A stretch of DNA of 57,107 nucleotides from a virus (Duplodnaviria; Caudoviricetes). Location of the stretch: IMG/VR virus record IMGVR_UViG_3300032046_000031, positions 1-57,107 of that record. One strand, 5' to 3'. The notes beneath the pieces were generated by a model. It saw only the letters and a program-made list of their open reading frames with translations. It was not told the DNA's origin and searched no databases. Both the position numbers and the translations under genes were made by a program. This document shows positions 55,992 to 57,107 of this stretch, piece after piece (position 1 is the first letter of the stretch; each line of letters opens with the position of its first letter).

Positions 55992-56222
55992 TCAAGAGTT
56001 TCTTTTACTCGTAGATCTCTGTCTCTTTGACTTCTCGTGGTTTAGTTCCTTGTTTGTTGATTCTTTTATCAACTCTTTCTCTTTTCCCTCTTTGATGAAA
56101 TTCCTTACTGCACATCGTAGGATGTGGGAGATTTGCCCAAAGGGATAGTTTCCAACTAGTAAATATTTATCAAGTTCTTCTCTTTCACTTTTTGTAAGCT
56201 CAACTCTAAGAACGAGATTCAT
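55992..56222 (-). CDS. Ribbon-helix-helix-like DNA-binding protein
   Basis: LVLRVELT...ELDKY...ISHILRCAVRNFI pattern. Confidence 0.5.
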   Translation of the reverse strand: MNLVLRVELTKSEREELDKYLLVGNYPFGQISHILRCAVRNFIKEGKEKELIKESTNKELNHEKSKRQRSTSKRNS

Positions 56223-56379
56223 CTTTCCTCCTTTCCTCTCTCCCGTCTTGCAATTAGGATTGAAAGGTTATTATATTATCTTTTTATCCCCTATTGTTTC
56301 TATCTTAAAACATTTTAATTCCATATGTTGTCCACAATGAGGACATCTTAAAAATAATTGAACAAATGGTTGAAGTTGG

Positions 56380-57039
56380 TTAGGTTGATCTGAAATATAT
56401 ATATTGGGTGAATGTTCGGTTGGAAGGATCGGTCTTGATTTCATCGAGTTTTTTCACTAATTTTATGATAAGATCATTCTGTATGGTTATGATTTCATTC
56501 AACCCTTTCACCCTCTCCTCAGTCTTATCAGCTCTCTCCTTCTCATTTTCTAATTTGAGAAGAGTTTGGAAATGCTGATTCTCTACCTTATTCGCTCGGT
56601 CTAATTCAAGATTATAAACTCTATTCAGTCTATCATTCTCAACCTTCAGCTCCTCAAATTCCTCATCCCGAATCGTCCTTAATTGATCTGCCAGTTTCAA
56701 TTCTGACTGAGTGGTTTCGAGCTGTTGATATAAGGCTTCAGCTATCCCATTTTTAATTTCTGGATTTTCTCTGATATGATCAGGAATAGAATATCCCAAG
56801 GCTCCCCGTAGTTGTTCAATATAAATTTGAGTCCCTTGGAGAGAAGAGAGAAGTATTTGATTATTCCAATGTTTCATTGCTTCATCTTCTGAAGAGAACC
56901 CCATATCAAAACGTGGAGGCATCGTAACACAATCCTTTGAACATGATACTTTCCACATGTTTTCCATTATAATCCAAAAGAATGCTTCGGCTCCACAAAA
57001 AGGACAAGGCTTTAATTTTTTCTCCTCAATCTCTTTCAT
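56380..57039 (-). CDS. Lar-family (restriction alleviation-like) zinc-finger protein with a coiled-coil tail
   Basis: LKPCPFCG...VSCSKDC...EAMKHWN signature. Confidence 0.75.
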   Translation of the reverse strand: MKEIEEKKLKPCPFCGAEAFFWIIMENMWKVSCSKDCVTMPPRFDMGFSSEDEAMKHWNNQILLSSLQGTQIYIEQLRGALGYSIPDHIRENPEIKNGIAEALYQQLETTQSELKLADQLRTIRDEEFEELKVENDRLNRVYNLELDRANKVENQHFQTLLKLENEKERADKTEERVKGLNEIITIQNDLIIKLVKKLDEIKTDPSNRTFTQYIYFRST

Positions 57040-57107
57040 TTTCCCTCCAATGCTTTAATGGCGATGTTTTGCATCTCTGTCGCTTTATTGCTATTCACCA
57101 CACTTTC
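56981..57107. repeat. Terminal direct repeat (copy 2)
   Basis: Identical to 1-127. Confidence 0.95.

Noticed and set aside
814-56148. Numerous antisense or nested ORFs in the six-frame track
   Set aside because: They lack SD sequences, oppose the strict two-arm gene orientation and overlap well-supported genes.

Overview
This window is a complete, circularly permuted dsDNA tailed-phage genome of about 56,980 bp. Bases 1-127 are identical to 56981-57107, which is most likely an assembly overlap. The virion module looks podovirus-like, and sigma70 promoters, IHF-like boxes and an SLT/spanin-like lysis cassette point to a Gram-negative host. The minus-strand arm (50.8 kb through the junction to 16 kb) carries early/replication genes: a UDG-exonuclease-PolA fusion with unusual active-site residues, a DUF3987-like ATPase, a PD-(D/E)XK nuclease, a Sak4-like ATPase, an SSB-like protein, a ParB-methyltransferase fusion and an HNH nuclease. 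The plus-strand arm (16.7-50.8 kb) carries terminase, portal, capsid, neck/tail, lysis and ejection genes. I found no integrase, reverse transcriptase or clear repressor. Main highlights: (1) a tandem array of four integron gene cassettes at 1486-2522, with attC sites and complementary core sites but no integrase, and every cargo ORF inverted so that it is read by the phage early transcript; (2) a three-gene arginine/agmatine enzyme cluster (amidinotransferase-family, pyruvoyl decarboxylase of the PSD family, agmatine deiminase) among the ejection-protein genes; (3) a major capsid gene split by two group I introns whose LAGLIDADG ORFs overlap the ribozyme cores, plus an intein in the portal; (4) six dispersed copies of an AGGTCG-N5-CGACCT palindrome; (5) a tRNA-like ncRNA, an intergenic pseudoknot and an orphan DGR-type variable region. 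All family assignments come from motif recognition by eye, with no database searches.
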